Assembly (NCBI GenBank): GCA_029268385.1
Contig: JAQWPG010000009.1
Location: 6,077 to 70,076, forward strand
From: Gammaproteobacteria bacterium
GTDB lineage: Bacteria; Pseudomonadota; Gammaproteobacteria; Poriferisulfidales; GCA-002705445
Direction of reading: 5' to 3'
Length of the DNA: 64,000 nucleotides
The notes below the pieces were generated by a model that was not told where the DNA came from, made no database searches, and saw only the letters and a list, made by a program, of their open reading frames with translations. Below are positions 1 through 10,086 of this stretch, piece after piece (positions within the stretch are counted from its first letter, which is position 1; each line of letters starts with the position of its first letter). A program made the position numbers and the translations under genes.

Positions 1-396
1 AATCAAAGTTGATATTCCCGCCTCCGAAGCTTCGCGCGCAAGCGTCCCGATAACATCGTCAGCCTCAACCCCATCAATTATGAGTACCGGCAGACCCATG
101 GCCCGTACTATTCTATGGATTGGGGCTATCTGGACTTTTAATTCATCTGGCATGGGAGGGCGATGAGCTTTATAGTCATCGTATAGATCGTTGCGAAATG
201 TTTTACCTTTAGCGTCAAAAACTATTACTACGTTACTGTCCGGATTGCTTTTAATCATACTCCTAATCATATTAATAACGCCTTTAACAGCACCGGTTGG
301 TATCTGCTTACTGTTCACTAGCGGCGGCAAGGCATGGAAAGCACGAAATAAATAAGAAGATCCGTCAACGAGTATTAATCTCTTATATTCAGTCAT
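1..396 (-). CDS. polA: DNA polymerase I, N-terminal 5'-3' exonuclease domain. Partial: the gene runs off the left edge of the window.
   Basis: The reverse-strand translation from the ATG at 396 reads [50 protein letters not shown]...[67 protein letters not shown]. This is the canonical Pol I 5'-nuclease N-terminus. The frame stays open to position 1. Confidence 0.85.
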   Translation of the reverse strand, partial: MTEYKRLILVDGSSYLFRAFHALPPLVNSKQIPTGAVKGVINMIRSMIKSNPDSNVVIVFDAKGKTFRNDLYDDYKAHRPPMPDELKVQIAPIHRIVRAMGLPVLIIDGVEADDVIGTLAREASEAGISTLI

Positions 397-732
397 CAAG
401 GTGTCCTTTGTTCATAAGCGCTTGAATAATTAAAACTTAAACTATCTTGGTATCAAACAACTTGAAAGGCCTTTTGCTGTTTGTTTTATAAAGTTACCAT
501 ATCTACCAAGCGCAATTTGAATATCGTGCCGTAGAATATTAATTTCGTTGTCAATAACTTGAAAACCATTAAGCGTCAATTATAGTACCGATTGGTCAAT
601 ATCTGGCAAAACGAGAAGGTATTTGAGCCTTTTCACTTTAGCATTTTGGCCCCGGTAAGGTGGCAGCGGCAATCACTTTGTATTGTCTTGCTCTGGTTAC
701 AACTCAAGATTTGCAAAGGAATTAAAGTTTAT

Positions 733-1479
733 CTAATTAACAATCATGTGGTTGTCCGAAATTACAGTAAACGCATCAAGGAGATCTTCGCTTCTGTGCG
801 GCGAACGAATGACGCCCACGTGCTCCCCGTTTTTGTTTATTATTGAAATGTGGCCGCTATGAGTAATCATATTGGCGCGCTCGGGAGGAAACTCTGAGTG
901 ACGGTGCTCTTCCGTGTTGTCTTGGCTCTCTATGAGGGATGCGGTATCAGAGTAGGAAACAAAAAGCTCTGCTGCTAGAGAGGAAACACCAAAGCTAAGT
1001 TCCTCATCGGATGTGTTCTTTGACTGGTCGATATCGGAAAGGCCAAAAATTTTGGCAGAGTACGAGTCTAGGTAAGAGGAAATCACCTCAGGAGAATCAG
1101 TATTAGGGTCTACCGAGACGAAATAAAAATCAATTGAATCTGCTATGGTTGCAAATTCTTTCATTAAAAAAGCGTTGTTATATTCCCGTAAGGTTATCGG
1201 ACAAATATCAGGACATTCAGTAAAACCAAAAAAGAATAAATTAAGTGGTTTTCGGAGACTAGCTTTGCTGAAAGGCTGGTTTGAGGTATCTCTCAAAGTA
1301 AATGGTTTAAGGGTTCGGGCGTTTTCGAAAATCGTTACACCCAGCCTTCTTAAATCTTCTTCCTCCCGTATCGACTGCCGGAAATCGATTAGATTCTTAA
1401 AAACAAAAAAAATCGAAATGTTAACAAGTATGACGGAAGCTATAATAAGTGTACGGGAACCACTCACTTTTTTCCCCAC
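733..1479 (-). CDS. SCO1/SenC family copper chaperone (thioredoxin fold). Assembly factor for the CuA site of cytochrome oxidase.
   Basis: 248-aa ORF with the FFFGFTECPDICP CxxxC motif and an N-terminal hydrophobic anchor. It lies next to ctaB and the cox genes. Confidence 0.8.
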   Translation of the reverse strand: MGKKVSGSRTLIIASVILVNISIFFVFKNLIDFRQSIREEEDLRRLGVTIFENARTLKPFTLRDTSNQPFSKASLRKPLNLFFFGFTECPDICPITLREYNNAFLMKEFATIADSIDFYFVSVDPNTDSPEVISSYLDSYSAKIFGLSDIDQSKNTSDEELSFGVSSLAAELFVSYSDTASLIESQDNTEEHRHSEFPPERANMITHSGHISIINKNGEHVGVIRSPHRSEDLLDAFTVISDNHMIVN

Positions 1480-1482
1480 TCT

Positions 1483-2367
1483 CTAAAACGTGTAATGATC
1501 GACTATTAGCGCAATAAATATTGCGGCGAGGTAAACAATAGAAAAGCGAAAAGTGTCCATTGCAGTAGTTTCGGTCGGTCGGTACAAAAGCTTTACGGAC
1601 CAGTATACGAACCTCGCGCCAAAAATCAGGGCGGATGCAAAGTAAAGCGGGCCGCTCATACCCGTAAAAAATGGAAGTACTGTAACAATGACCAGGCCAA
1701 GAGTGTACGCAAAGATGTGCACCTTTGTGACCCTTACTCCATGGGTTACCGGTAGCATCGGGATACCTGATTTCGCGTATTCATCCTTCCTGTGTATGGC
1801 GAGCGCCCAAAAGTGAGGCGGAGTCCAAGCGAAAATAATTAGCACTAGGATAAGAGCGTTAGGATCGACCGTGTTGGTTACGGCAGACCATCCCAAAAGA
1901 GGAGGCATTGCGCCTGCGAGTCCGCCAATCACTATATTTTGTGGTGTTGCGTGCTTGAGGTACCCCGTGTAAATAAACGCGTATCCAATAAACGAGGCAA
2001 GAGTCAACCAAGCACTCAACGGGTTGACCCAGATCATCATAATTGCCATACCAAGTGTTCCAATGACTAGAGCAAATAATCCGGCTTGTGTCTGACTCAC
2101 CCTTCCTTGAGCGACTGGCCGGTGATGCGTGCGAGACATTTGTATGTCGATTTTGTGATCGATTAAATGGTTTACGGCTGCCCCAGAGGAGGCTACCAAC
2201 GCAATACCAAAATTTCCCAACAAAAGAATATCGAGTGGCACCATTCCGGGAACTGCTAAGAACATCCCAACAACAGAGGTTAAGAGCATCAGGAACACAA
2301 CCCGAGGCTTGCACATATCGTAATAATCACGCCACGTGGCGGGTTTATGAGAAACTAGCTCGGACAA
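1483..2367 (-). CDS. ctaB: Protoheme IX farnesyltransferase (heme O synthase)
   Basis: 294-aa polytopic membrane protein. The N-terminus (MSELVSHKPATWRDYYDMCKPRVVFLMLLTSVVGMFLA) and overall UbiA-fold pattern match CyoE/CtaB. It sits divergently upstream of the oxidase structural genes. Confidence 0.85.
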   Translation of the reverse strand: MSELVSHKPATWRDYYDMCKPRVVFLMLLTSVVGMFLAVPGMVPLDILLLGNFGIALVASSGAAVNHLIDHKIDIQMSRTHHRPVAQGRVSQTQAGLFALVIGTLGMAIMMIWVNPLSAWLTLASFIGYAFIYTGYLKHATPQNIVIGGLAGAMPPLLGWSAVTNTVDPNALILVLIIFAWTPPHFWALAIHRKDEYAKSGIPMLPVTHGVRVTKVHIFAYTLGLVIVTVLPFFTGMSGPLYFASALIFGARFVYWSVKLLYRPTETTAMDTFRFSIVYLAAIFIALIVDHYTF

Positions 2368-2571
2368 GTGACTACTCTCTTGGATTGAATCTTAAATACA
2401 ATTAAATGCTCTGGTCAGCGATCAACGTTTCCGCTTTTGCCAGAGAGCGAGTTTAGTGCGCAGCATTCAATCACGATTGTTATTTGAACTCAAGGTAAAC
2501 GCCGATCAGTAGCAACTAGATTTATTGAAAAGGGCGGCCAAGTCGATACAGCTTTTTTCTCAGACAAGGAC

Positions 2572-2587
2572 TGACAGAAAGCTGTCA
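2572..2587. promoter_or_regulatory. Perfect palindrome TGACAG-N4-CTGTCA in the ctaB/coxB divergent intergenic region. Candidate operator.
   Basis: Inverted repeat seen directly in the roughly 540-bp intergenic region between divergent ctaB and coxB. No T-run follows it, so it is not a terminator. Confidence 0.2.
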
Positions 2588-2911
2588 AAAACACCTGATT
2601 TTTCGACAGTTTTCCTCTTAAACAGGGCTATTAACTTGCGATCATATACATTCTTCTATAGCATTAGATCCGAAAAAATTAATTGGTTTGGAACAGTCAA
2701 CTAAAAATCGAGTTGCCGGTAAAAATTTTGCTTATCTGTGCGTAAAACGCATTGCAAGGTAGATTTTGGAATTTGCAAACTACAGCAACAATATAGAAAA
2801 AGAATGGTAGTTTGACGCTCTTGAACGCGGCGAGAAATACGAACAGAAACGTAAAAGCAGCTTGTTGTCGTTTTTAATTTTAGTTTCACTTTTTAAGGAA
2901 AAGGTTAGGTT

Positions 2912-4270
2912 ATGGCTCTAGCAGTTGTCATTTTTGCGCTGGTTATAGGATCTGTGATTTTTCACTTCGCAAGCCCATGGTGGTTTACAGACATCATTTC
3001 AAACTGGCAGTCCATCGATACCACAATCCTGATTACATTTTGGGTAACTGGCACTGTATTCGTTGTGATTAATGCTTTCATGGCGTATTGCGTTTACAAA
3101 TTCCGGCATCGTTCAGGTCAAAAAGCAGCCTATGAGCCGGAGAACCACAAACTGGAAGGCTGGTTGTCTGCCATTACTACAGTCGGCGTCGTTTTGATGC
3201 TTGCCCCGGGCCTTTTTGTTTGGGCAGATTTCGTTCAACCACCGGAAAATGCAACTGAATTCGAAGTTTTAGGCCAGCAGTGGCAGTGGAATTTCCGTTA
3301 TCCCGGCGCGGATGGCAAATTAGGGACAGCCGATACTGAATTTGTAAGCGAGGAAAATCCATTCGGAGTCAATCCTGAAGACCCAAACGGTCAAGACGAC
3401 GTGATTGTAAATGCCCCAGAGATGCATTTGCCAGTTGGAAAACCAGTCAAAGCGCTCCTCAGGTCAAACGACGTATTACACAACTACACGATCGCCCAGC
3501 TCAGGGTTAAAATGGATCTCGTCCCAGGGTTGACCAGTTACCTCTGGTTCGAACCAGAAGTAACTGGTCGTTATGACATTCTGTGCGAAGAACTCTGTGG
3601 GGTAGGACACTTCATTATGCGCGGTGCCATTGTTATAGACACTCAAGACGATTACGACGCTTGGGTTGCCTCGCAGCCCACATTTGCACAAACGCAACAA
3701 GCGGCAGAACCCGACCTAGCAGCAGGTCAAGCATCATATGCGGTTTGCGCGGCGTGCCATGGCGTAAACGGAGAAGGCAATCAAGCACTCAATAGCCCAA
3801 AGCTTGCCGGACTCCAAGACTGGTACGTCGAACGTCAGTTAAATCACTTCAAGCAAGGTATTCGCGGTGGGGAAGGGGATGTTAATGGAGCGGCCATGAT
3901 TGGTATGGCAAATATGTTGGTCGATGATAATGCGGTTCGTAACATGGCCGCATACGTCAGCACCTTTCCCGACATTCCTGCAACACCGACCATTGTTGAA
4001 GGGAATATTGAAAACGGATTTGACATTTATGACCGAAATTGTGCGGCATGCCACTTGGACAGTGGTAGCGGAACCTGGTACACCGATGCGCCAAAATTAG
4101 CTGGGATGAGCGACTGGTATTTTGTCACACAAATCAGTAATTTCAGAGCTGGTATCAGAGGCTTACACTCAGCAGACCCGTATGGAGAACAAATGGTTTC
4201 TATGGCTACAGCCATGTCTGGTTTGAATGAGATTCGAGATGTAGCTGCTTATCTCGGCACCTTAAGATAA
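2912..4270 (+). CDS. coxB: Cytochrome c oxidase subunit II fused to a C-terminal di-heme cytochrome c (caa3-like)
   Basis: 452 aa. Two N-terminal TM helices, the CuA motif ...YDILCEELCGVGHFIM..., then two CxxCH haem-binding motifs (CAACHGVNGEG and CAACHLDSGSG). Confidence 0.85.
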   Translation: MALAVVIFALVIGSVIFHFASPWWFTDIISNWQSIDTTILITFWVTGTVFVVINAFMAYCVYKFRHRSGQKAAYEPENHKLEGWLSAITTVGVVLMLAPGLFVWADFVQPPENATEFEVLGQQWQWNFRYPGADGKLGTADTEFVSEENPFGVNPEDPNGQDDVIVNAPEMHLPVGKPVKALLRSNDVLHNYTIAQLRVKMDLVPGLTSYLWFEPEVTGRYDILCEELCGVGHFIMRGAIVIDTQDDYDAWVASQPTFAQTQQAAEPDLAAGQASYAVCAACHGVNGEGNQALNSPKLAGLQDWYVERQLNHFKQGIRGGEGDVNGAAMIGMANMLVDDNAVRNMAAYVSTFPDIPATPTIVEGNIENGFDIYDRNCAACHLDSGSGTWYTDAPKLAGMSDWYFVTQISNFRAGIRGLHSADPYGEQMVSMATAMSGLNEIRDVAAYLGTLR

Positions 4271-4319
4271 GCGCGATACTTTAAAAAATTTTTTATGCAG
4301 TTTAAGTAAGGAGGTTCAA

Positions 4320-6074
4320 ATGGCTTACGTACCATTGGCTGATCAAGACAACGAAGCTGATCTTCATCACCCACACAGCTGGGTAACAAAGTATGTCTGG
4401 AGTCAGGATCACAAAGTAATTGCTATTCAGTACGGAGGTACAGCAATTCTAGTTGGAATTGCAGCCCTGATGCTCTCTTTATTGATGCGTATGCAACTTG
4501 GTTTTCCTGAAACCTTCGACCTCATCGATCCAAATGCCTATTACCAATCGGTGACGATGCATGGGATGATCATGGTCGTTTATATGCTGACTGCGCTCTT
4601 GCTTGGGGGGTTCGGCAACTACATGGTTCCGTTGATGATCGGAGCTCGAGATATGGTATTTCCTTTTCTCAATATGCTGAGCTTTTGGTTCTACCTAGCG
4701 TCAGTTTTGATTTTAATGGCGAGCTTTTTAGTTGGCGGCGGTCCAACTGGAGCAGGTTGGACATTGTATCCACCGCAAGCAACCTTGGCTGGTACACCCG
4801 GCCATGATATGGGCATAATTTTAATGCTTATGTCTCTTGCTGTCTTCGTTGTCGCATTCACCATGGGTGGTCTAAACTACGTAACAACAATACTTCAGAA
4901 CCGCGCTAGGGGAATGACCTTGATGCGGATGCCGCTCACCGTTTGGGGCATCTTTGTAGCGACAGTTCTAGGCCTATTTGCCTTTCCAGCGCTTTTAGTC
5001 TCTGTGATCATGATGACTTTTGATACGCTACTGGGCACAAGTTTCTTTATGCCCGCAATCATCGAATCCGGAACAGCGCTAGATCATAACGGCGGCAGTC
5101 CGGTACTTTTCCAGCATCTTTTTTGGTTTTTTGGTCACCCTGAAGTGTATATAGTAGCGCTGCCAGCCTTCGGCCTTGTATCCGATGTATTGAGTACTCA
5201 CGCTCGGAAAAATATTTTCGGCTATCGGATGATGGTTTGGGCGATCATTGCAATTGGTGGATTGAGCTTCATTGTATGGGCTCACCACATGTATGTCAGT
5301 GGGATGAATCCATATTTTGGCTTCTTCTTTGCCACTACCACTTTGATAATTGCGGTGCCCACTGCATTGAAGGTATATAATTGGGTTCTCACGCTGTGGG
5401 AAGGTGATATACGCTTAAACGCACCAATGTATTTTGCCATAGGATTCATTTTCACTTTTATTCACGGTGGGCTAACAGGCTTGTTTCTGGGTAACGTGGT
5501 TATTGATTTACCACTTTCGGACACATATTTTGTAGTAGCTCACTTTCATATGGTAATGGGTGTGTCCCCCGTTCTCGTCATTTTTGCCTCGCTCTATCAC
5601 TGGTATCCTAAAATGTCTGGGCGCATGTATCACGAAGGGCTCGCTAAACTCCACTTTTGGATCACATTCCTTGGGACTTATGCAATATATTTACCGATGC
5701 ATTACCTTGGCTTTCTCGGAGTTCCGAGGCGCTATTACGCGCTAGGCCAGACAGATTTTATTCCTGAATCTGCGCAAGACTTAAACGCCGGCATCACTAT
5801 CGCAGCGCTTATCGTTGGCTCTGCTCAGATACTTTTTTTCATCAACATTCTTTGGAGCCTTCGTAACGGTAAAAAAGCAGAGAGCAACCCTTGGGGTGCT
5901 GCTTCCCTGGAATGGCAGACCCCAGATACTCCGCCCATTCACGGCAATTGGGGAAAGGAGTTACCAACCGTTTACCGCTGGGCATATGATTACAGTGTTC
6001 CTGGCGCCAAAGAAGATTTTATCCCACAAAATATGGCTGATGCCGACGTGGAGATGGAATCGAAGAGTGACTAA
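4320..6074 (+). CDS. coxA: Cytochrome c oxidase subunit I
   Basis: 584 aa with 12 or more TM helices and the conserved haem-copper oxidase stretches (GHPEVYIVALPAFG, WAHHMYVSGM, HFHMVMG...). Confidence 0.95.
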   Translation: MAYVPLADQDNEADLHHPHSWVTKYVWSQDHKVIAIQYGGTAILVGIAALMLSLLMRMQLGFPETFDLIDPNAYYQSVTMHGMIMVVYMLTALLLGGFGNYMVPLMIGARDMVFPFLNMLSFWFYLASVLILMASFLVGGGPTGAGWTLYPPQATLAGTPGHDMGIILMLMSLAVFVVAFTMGGLNYVTTILQNRARGMTLMRMPLTVWGIFVATVLGLFAFPALLVSVIMMTFDTLLGTSFFMPAIIESGTALDHNGGSPVLFQHLFWFFGHPEVYIVALPAFGLVSDVLSTHARKNIFGYRMMVWAIIAIGGLSFIVWAHHMYVSGMNPYFGFFFATTTLIIAVPTALKVYNWVLTLWEGDIRLNAPMYFAIGFIFTFIHGGLTGLFLGNVVIDLPLSDTYFVVAHFHMVMGVSPVLVIFASLYHWYPKMSGRMYHEGLAKLHFWITFLGTYAIYLPMHYLGFLGVPRRYYALGQTDFIPESAQDLNAGITIAALIVGSAQILFFINILWSLRNGKKAESNPWGAASLEWQTPDTPPIHGNWGKELPTVYRWAYDYSVPGAKEDFIPQNMADADVEMESKSD

Positions 6075-6077
6075 AGC

Positions 6078-6689
6078 ATGAGTTTATTTAAGCAAATAAC
6101 CGACAAGCCTTGGGAGCGCACCGGAATCATCGGCGGGCTCCGAGCGGAGGGCACTTTTTCTGCGCCTCCAGAAAAAGTCGCGTTGGTTTTCTTCCTCGTG
6201 GCGGCCTCGATTGTTTTCTCTCTGTTTGGAGTGAGTTATGTCATTCGCATGGAATTGCCGGACTGGGTGCCAGTATCAGAACCCTCTCAACTTTGGTTTA
6301 ACACAGCTCTTTTAGTTGTTAGTAGTTTTTTATTTCAACGATCAAAAGCCGCAGTCTCAGCTGGGAAAAAGAGTGTCAAGTCGACCTTTGCGGCAGGCGG
6401 AATCTTCGCCATATTGTTTATAGCCGCTCAAATGGTGACTTGGCAAAATCTGCAAGCCCAAGGGTTATTTATGACGTCAAACCCAGCGAACTCTTTTTAT
6501 TACCTGCTAACCGGACTTCATGCACTGCATATTTTGGGAGGGCTATGGGTTTGGAGCAAAAGCTTATTGCGGCTTTTATCTGGGGCAAAACCAGAGGAAC
6601 TTCGGCTTAGTATCGAGCTATGTACAGTCTACTGGCACTTTCTTTTGATTGTGTGGATAGCAGTATTCGCTGTTCTCTCTAATACTTAG
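6078..6689 (+). CDS. Cytochrome c oxidase subunit III-family paralog (short, CoxO/CoxP-like)
   Basis: 203-aa membrane protein whose C-terminus carries subunit-III signatures (HALHILGGLWVW...YWHFLLIVWIAVF). It has no CFCF motif, so it is not Cox11/CtaG. Confidence 0.55.
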   Translation: MSLFKQITDKPWERTGIIGGLRAEGTFSAPPEKVALVFFLVAASIVFSLFGVSYVIRMELPDWVPVSEPSQLWFNTALLVVSSFLFQRSKAAVSAGKKSVKSTFAAGGIFAILFIAAQMVTWQNLQAQGLFMTSNPANSFYYLLTGLHALHILGGLWVWSKSLLRLLSGAKPEELRLSIELCTVYWHFLLIVWIAVFAVLSNT

Positions 6690-6732
6690 GTAATGGCACT
6701 AATTAAAAGTACAAAGCATACACAGGAAGTTT

Positions 6733-7407
6733 ATGATGAGTGAATCAGTAGTTGATGGAGTTCCTTCAGGAGTAACCGGCTTAGTAGAAGACTGGGCTAG
6801 CGATAAGCAGGCTTACAATGTCCCGTGGGGCAAGGCCATGATGTGGATATTTCTGGTATCTGATACCTTCATATTCACTTGCTTTTTGACAGGTTATTTG
6901 AACGTTCGTCTTACGACGACCGAACCGTGGCCGCTCCAAACTGAGATTTTTGCGCTCACTCTGTTCGGTCAATCAGTGCCACTAGTTTTAATTGCAATTA
7001 TGACCTTTATCCTAATTACAAGCTCTGGCTCAATGGCCTTGGCAGTTAATTTTGGATATCGTAGAGACAAAACAAAAACCTTCTGGTTAATGGTTGCGAC
7101 CGCCTTGCTAGGAGCCTCCTTCGTCGGCATGCAAGCATTTGAGTGGACCAAATTGATACAAGAAGGGGTGAGGCCGTGGGCCAACCCTTTCGGGGCCGCT
7201 CAATTTGGCTCCGTTTTTTTTATGGTTACAGGATTTCATGGCTTACATGTGACCGGTGGCGTTATCTACCTTCTCGTTGTAGCGAACAAGATTCGGAAGG
7301 GGCATTACGACAAGAAAGGATTTGAAATCGTTGAAATTGCCGGCCTTTACTGGCACTTTGTCGACCTTGTGTGGGTCTTCATTTTTGCCTTTTTCTATTT
7401 ACTTTAA
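6733..7407 (+). CDS. coxC: Cytochrome c oxidase subunit III
   Basis: 224 aa with GFHGLHVTGGVIYL...YWHFVDLVWVFIFAFFYLL, the classical subunit III C-terminus. Confidence 0.8.
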   Translation: MMSESVVDGVPSGVTGLVEDWASDKQAYNVPWGKAMMWIFLVSDTFIFTCFLTGYLNVRLTTTEPWPLQTEIFALTLFGQSVPLVLIAIMTFILITSSGSMALAVNFGYRRDKTKTFWLMVATALLGASFVGMQAFEWTKLIQEGVRPWANPFGAAQFGSVFFMVTGFHGLHVTGGVIYLLVVANKIRKGHYDKKGFEIVEIAGLYWHFVDLVWVFIFAFFYLL

Positions 7408-7421
7408 AGAGAGAATTAAAC

Positions 7422-7814
7422 ATGTCATCTGACGTAGGACAACAACACCCGCTCGGTATATATTATAAAATTTGGGTTCTACTTTTCGTGTTAAGCGGGT
7501 TTTCATATGCCGTCGATTACTTCCATGTTGAGGGCGCGCTTCGCTGGTTTTTAGTGATCCTTTTCATGACTCTAAAAGCTGGTTTCATTGTTGCAATTTT
7601 TATGCACGTGGTTTGGGAACGCCTTGCCTTAGTTTGGACAATATTAGGTCCACCCATAGTATTGTTAGTCTTGATCGGTTTTATGGCGATAGAGGGGAAT
7701 TACACGGAAGGAACCCGATATCAATATCGCGGCGATGACCCAACTCTTCAGCCTCTATCTCCCAGTGACTTGCATCACGAAGAATCGGGCGACGCTACCT
7801 TGAACGAGCATTAA
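7422..7814 (+). CDS. Small membrane protein of the prokaryotic cytochrome c oxidase subunit IV type
   Basis: Internal ATG at 7422 preceded by the RBS aaagagag. It encodes about 130 aa with 3 to 4 TM helices (MSSDVGQQHPLGIYYKIWVLLFVLSGF...) and is the last gene of the cox cluster. The ORF-track start at 7371 overlaps coxC and is less likely. Confidence 0.5.
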   Translation: MSSDVGQQHPLGIYYKIWVLLFVLSGFSYAVDYFHVEGALRWFLVILFMTLKAGFIVAIFMHVVWERLALVWTILGPPIVLLVLIGFMAIEGNYTEGTRYQYRGDDPTLQPLSPSDLHHEESGDATLNEH

Positions 7815-7825
7815 GACTCTAGATC

Positions 7826-7840
7826 AGAAGAAGTTCTTCT
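7826..7840. terminator. Short palindrome AGAAGAA-G-TTCTTCT between convergent cox cluster and aroE. Possibly a weak bidirectional terminator.
   Basis: Inverted repeat seen in the sequence. The stem is short and there is no strong T-run. Confidence 0.2.
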
Positions 7841-7871
7841 ACTTAGCGCCCCTCGTATATTTCCCGAAAAT

Positions 7872-8687
7872 TTACCTCGCTCCTCTGAGTTTCTTGAGTA
7901 ACGGAGTGGTTGTTGGACGAAAACCCCGCCATAAAAAAAATGCCTCGGCCGCCTGCTCAACCAGCATCCCAAGCCCATCCATAGTATGCAAAACTCCATT
8001 CTGTTTAGCCCATCTAACAAAAACTGTATCTTCTTTAGAATACATCATGTCATAACAACAGCAATTTGGAGCGAGCATTGCTGAGCAAATAGGGGGTAAC
8101 TCCCCAACTAAACTAGATGACGTTGCATTTATAATCAAATCAAACTCCTTCTCAAATGCAGATCTAATCTCAAGCGCTTTTATATTAAACCTCTTCGCCA
8201 GAGCTTCGGCCTTGTGATGAGTTCGATTAACAATCGATACTAAGGCCGGATTACAGCTAATTAGGTCATAAATAACACCCCGAGCCGCACCACCGGCGCC
8301 GATAATTAAGATGCTTTTATTTGATATTGCGATGCCGTGGTTATCTACAATATCTCTTACTAACCCAAGGCCATCAGTATTTTCTCCGCATAACAGCCCT
8401 TGATTATCCATAAACAGGGTGTTTACAGCTCTCGATAACGTAGCGCGCTCAGATAATTTATCACACAATAAAAACGCTGATTCTTTGTGAGGCAAAGTGA
8501 TATTTAAACCGGCACCACCGGATTCAAAAAAATTCATCACGAAAGTTTGCAAACTGGCCTCATCAATTCTTTTTGCTTCGTAATGGATCGAGTCTGCCTG
8601 CTGATCAGCAAAGAATTTATGTATTTCTGGTGATCTACTGTGTTTTATCGGGTCGCCAATAACGCAATACAAAGGAGTTCTTTTCAA
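7872..8687 (-). CDS. aroE: Shikimate dehydrogenase
   Basis: 271 aa starting at TTG. The N-terminus MKRTPLYCVIGDPIKHSRSPEIHKFF... and the Rossmann motif IIGAGGAARGV are typical AroE. Its start overlaps the hemF stop. Confidence 0.9.
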   Translation of the reverse strand: MKRTPLYCVIGDPIKHSRSPEIHKFFADQQADSIHYEAKRIDEASLQTFVMNFFESGGAGLNITLPHKESAFLLCDKLSERATLSRAVNTLFMDNQGLLCGENTDGLGLVRDIVDNHGIAISNKSILIIGAGGAARGVIYDLISCNPALVSIVNRTHHKAEALAKRFNIKALEIRSAFEKEFDLIINATSSSLVGELPPICSAMLAPNCCCYDMMYSKEDTVFVRWAKQNGVLHTMDGLGMLVEQAAEAFFLWRGFRPTTTPLLKKLRGAR

Positions 8688-8690
8688 AAT

Positions 8691-8940
<250 letters not shown>

Positions 8941-8945
<5 letters not shown>

Positions 8946-9267
8946 TTTATATATTGGCAATGTTGATTTAATGATCTATGAGGTTGACCGTTCATTCACA
9001 ATCTTATTCATGCTAATTATTGGAGGTCTTGGTTCTATATCAGGGTCATGGTTAGGAGCAATATTTGTTTACGAATTCCCAATTATATTTACATGGGTAG
9101 GCGATTTTATATTCCAAGGTGCATTCAATACGGCTGTTGTAGAAAATGTTTCTAATATGGTTTATGGTGTATTTATTATTGCACTATTAATTAGAGAGCC
9201 GGGTGGTTTTGCGGCATTATGGGCAACAACAAAACAAAAATTAAGAATGTGGCCATATCCACACTAA
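8941..9267 (+). pseudogene. Branched-chain amino-acid ABC transporter permease (LivH/LivM family), C-terminal roughly 100 aa only. The N-terminus is absent.
   Basis: The frame encodes ...DRSFTILFMLIIGGLGSISGSWLGAIFVYEFP...FIIALLIREPGGFAALWATTKQK, the typical C-terminal end of LivH/LivM permeases. No start codon or N-terminal TM region is present, and the frame is closed by a stop that lies inside hemF-derived sequence. It sits immediately upstream of livF. Confidence 0.7.
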
Positions 9268-9285
9268 AAAATAAGAGGAAAAAAA

Positions 9286-10086
9286 ATGTCTAAATCTTTA
9301 TTAAAAATTAACAATATTGAAGTTGTATACAACCATGTAATTCTTGCATTACGCGGTGTTACATTAGACGTTGAAGAGGGTAAAGTTGTTTCTCTATTAG
9401 GCGCAAACGGTTCCGGTAAAACAACAACATTAAAAGCATGCTCAAATTTATTACATGCAGAGCGTGGCGCAATAACAAAAGGATCTATTGAATATCAGGA
9501 TAAAGATATTTCTAACACTGACGCATATAATCTTGTAAAAGATGGTGTTGTTCAAGTTTTAGAAGGAAGACATTGTTTTTCTCATCTTACAGTAGAAGAA
9601 AATATAATGACGGGTTCGTTTATTAGAGAAAATTCAAAAGAAGCAAAGCAAGACCTTGAAAGAGTATACGATCATTTTGAAAGAATTAGGATTAGAAAAA
9701 AAAGTTTAGCTGGATTTACATCTGGTGGAGAACAACAAATGATTGCTATGGGTAGAGCATTAATGTCTAGACCAAAATTAATCTTATTAGATGAGCCTTC
9801 AATGGGTCTAGCCCCGCAACTTGTTGAAGAAATATTTGCAATCGTAAAAGCATTAAACAAAGAAGGTGTTAGTTTCTTAATAGCTGAACAAAACGCTATG
9901 GTTGCTTTAAAATATGCTGACGAAGGATATCTTATAGAAAATGGCAGGGTTATTCTTAAAGGAAAAGCGCAGGAGCTTCTTGATAGGCCTGATGTTAAAG
10001 AAATGTATTTAGGCGTTGGAGATGAAGGGCAAACAAGTTTCAGAGATATTAAGTACTATCACAGAAGAAAACCTTCTTTTAGCTAA
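9286..10086 (+). CDS. livF: Branched-chain amino-acid ABC transporter ATP-binding protein
   Basis: 266 aa with Walker A (GANGSGKTT), the signature LAGFTSGGEQQM and Walker B (LILLDEP). The KINNIEVVY N-terminus is LivF-like. Confidence 0.85.
   Translation: MSKSLLKINNIEVVYNHVILALRGVTLDVEEGKVVSLLGANGSGKTTTLKACSNLLHAERGAITKGSIEYQDKDISNTDAYNLVKDGVVQVLEGRHCFSHLTVEENIMTGSFIRENSKEAKQDLERVYDHFERIRIRKKSLAGFTSGGEQQMIAMGRALMSRPKLILLDEPSMGLAPQLVEEIFAIVKALNKEGVSFLIAEQNAMVALKYADEGYLIENGRVILKGKAQELLDRPDVKEMYLGVGDEGQTSFRDIKYYHRRKPSFS

Noticed and set aside
592-846. 84-aa plus-strand ORF in the polA/SCO1 intergenic region
   Set aside because: It overlaps the 3' end of the SCO1 gene on the other strand, has no RBS and no recognisable motif. 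Most likely a promoter-region artefact.
1145-2405. Several 100-150-aa ORFs antisense to SCO1 and ctaB (1145-1486 +, 1859-2314 -, 2088-2405 +)
   Set aside because: Shadow ORFs inside well-supported membrane-protein genes in GC-richer DNA. Their amino-acid composition is Arg/Ser-rich nonsense.
2578-2589. 12-mer GAAAGCTGTCAA shared between the cox upstream region and the mtoX upstream region
   Set aside because: A single shared 12-mer in a 64-kb window is expected by chance. The two regions have different composition, so this is not evidence for a shared regulator.
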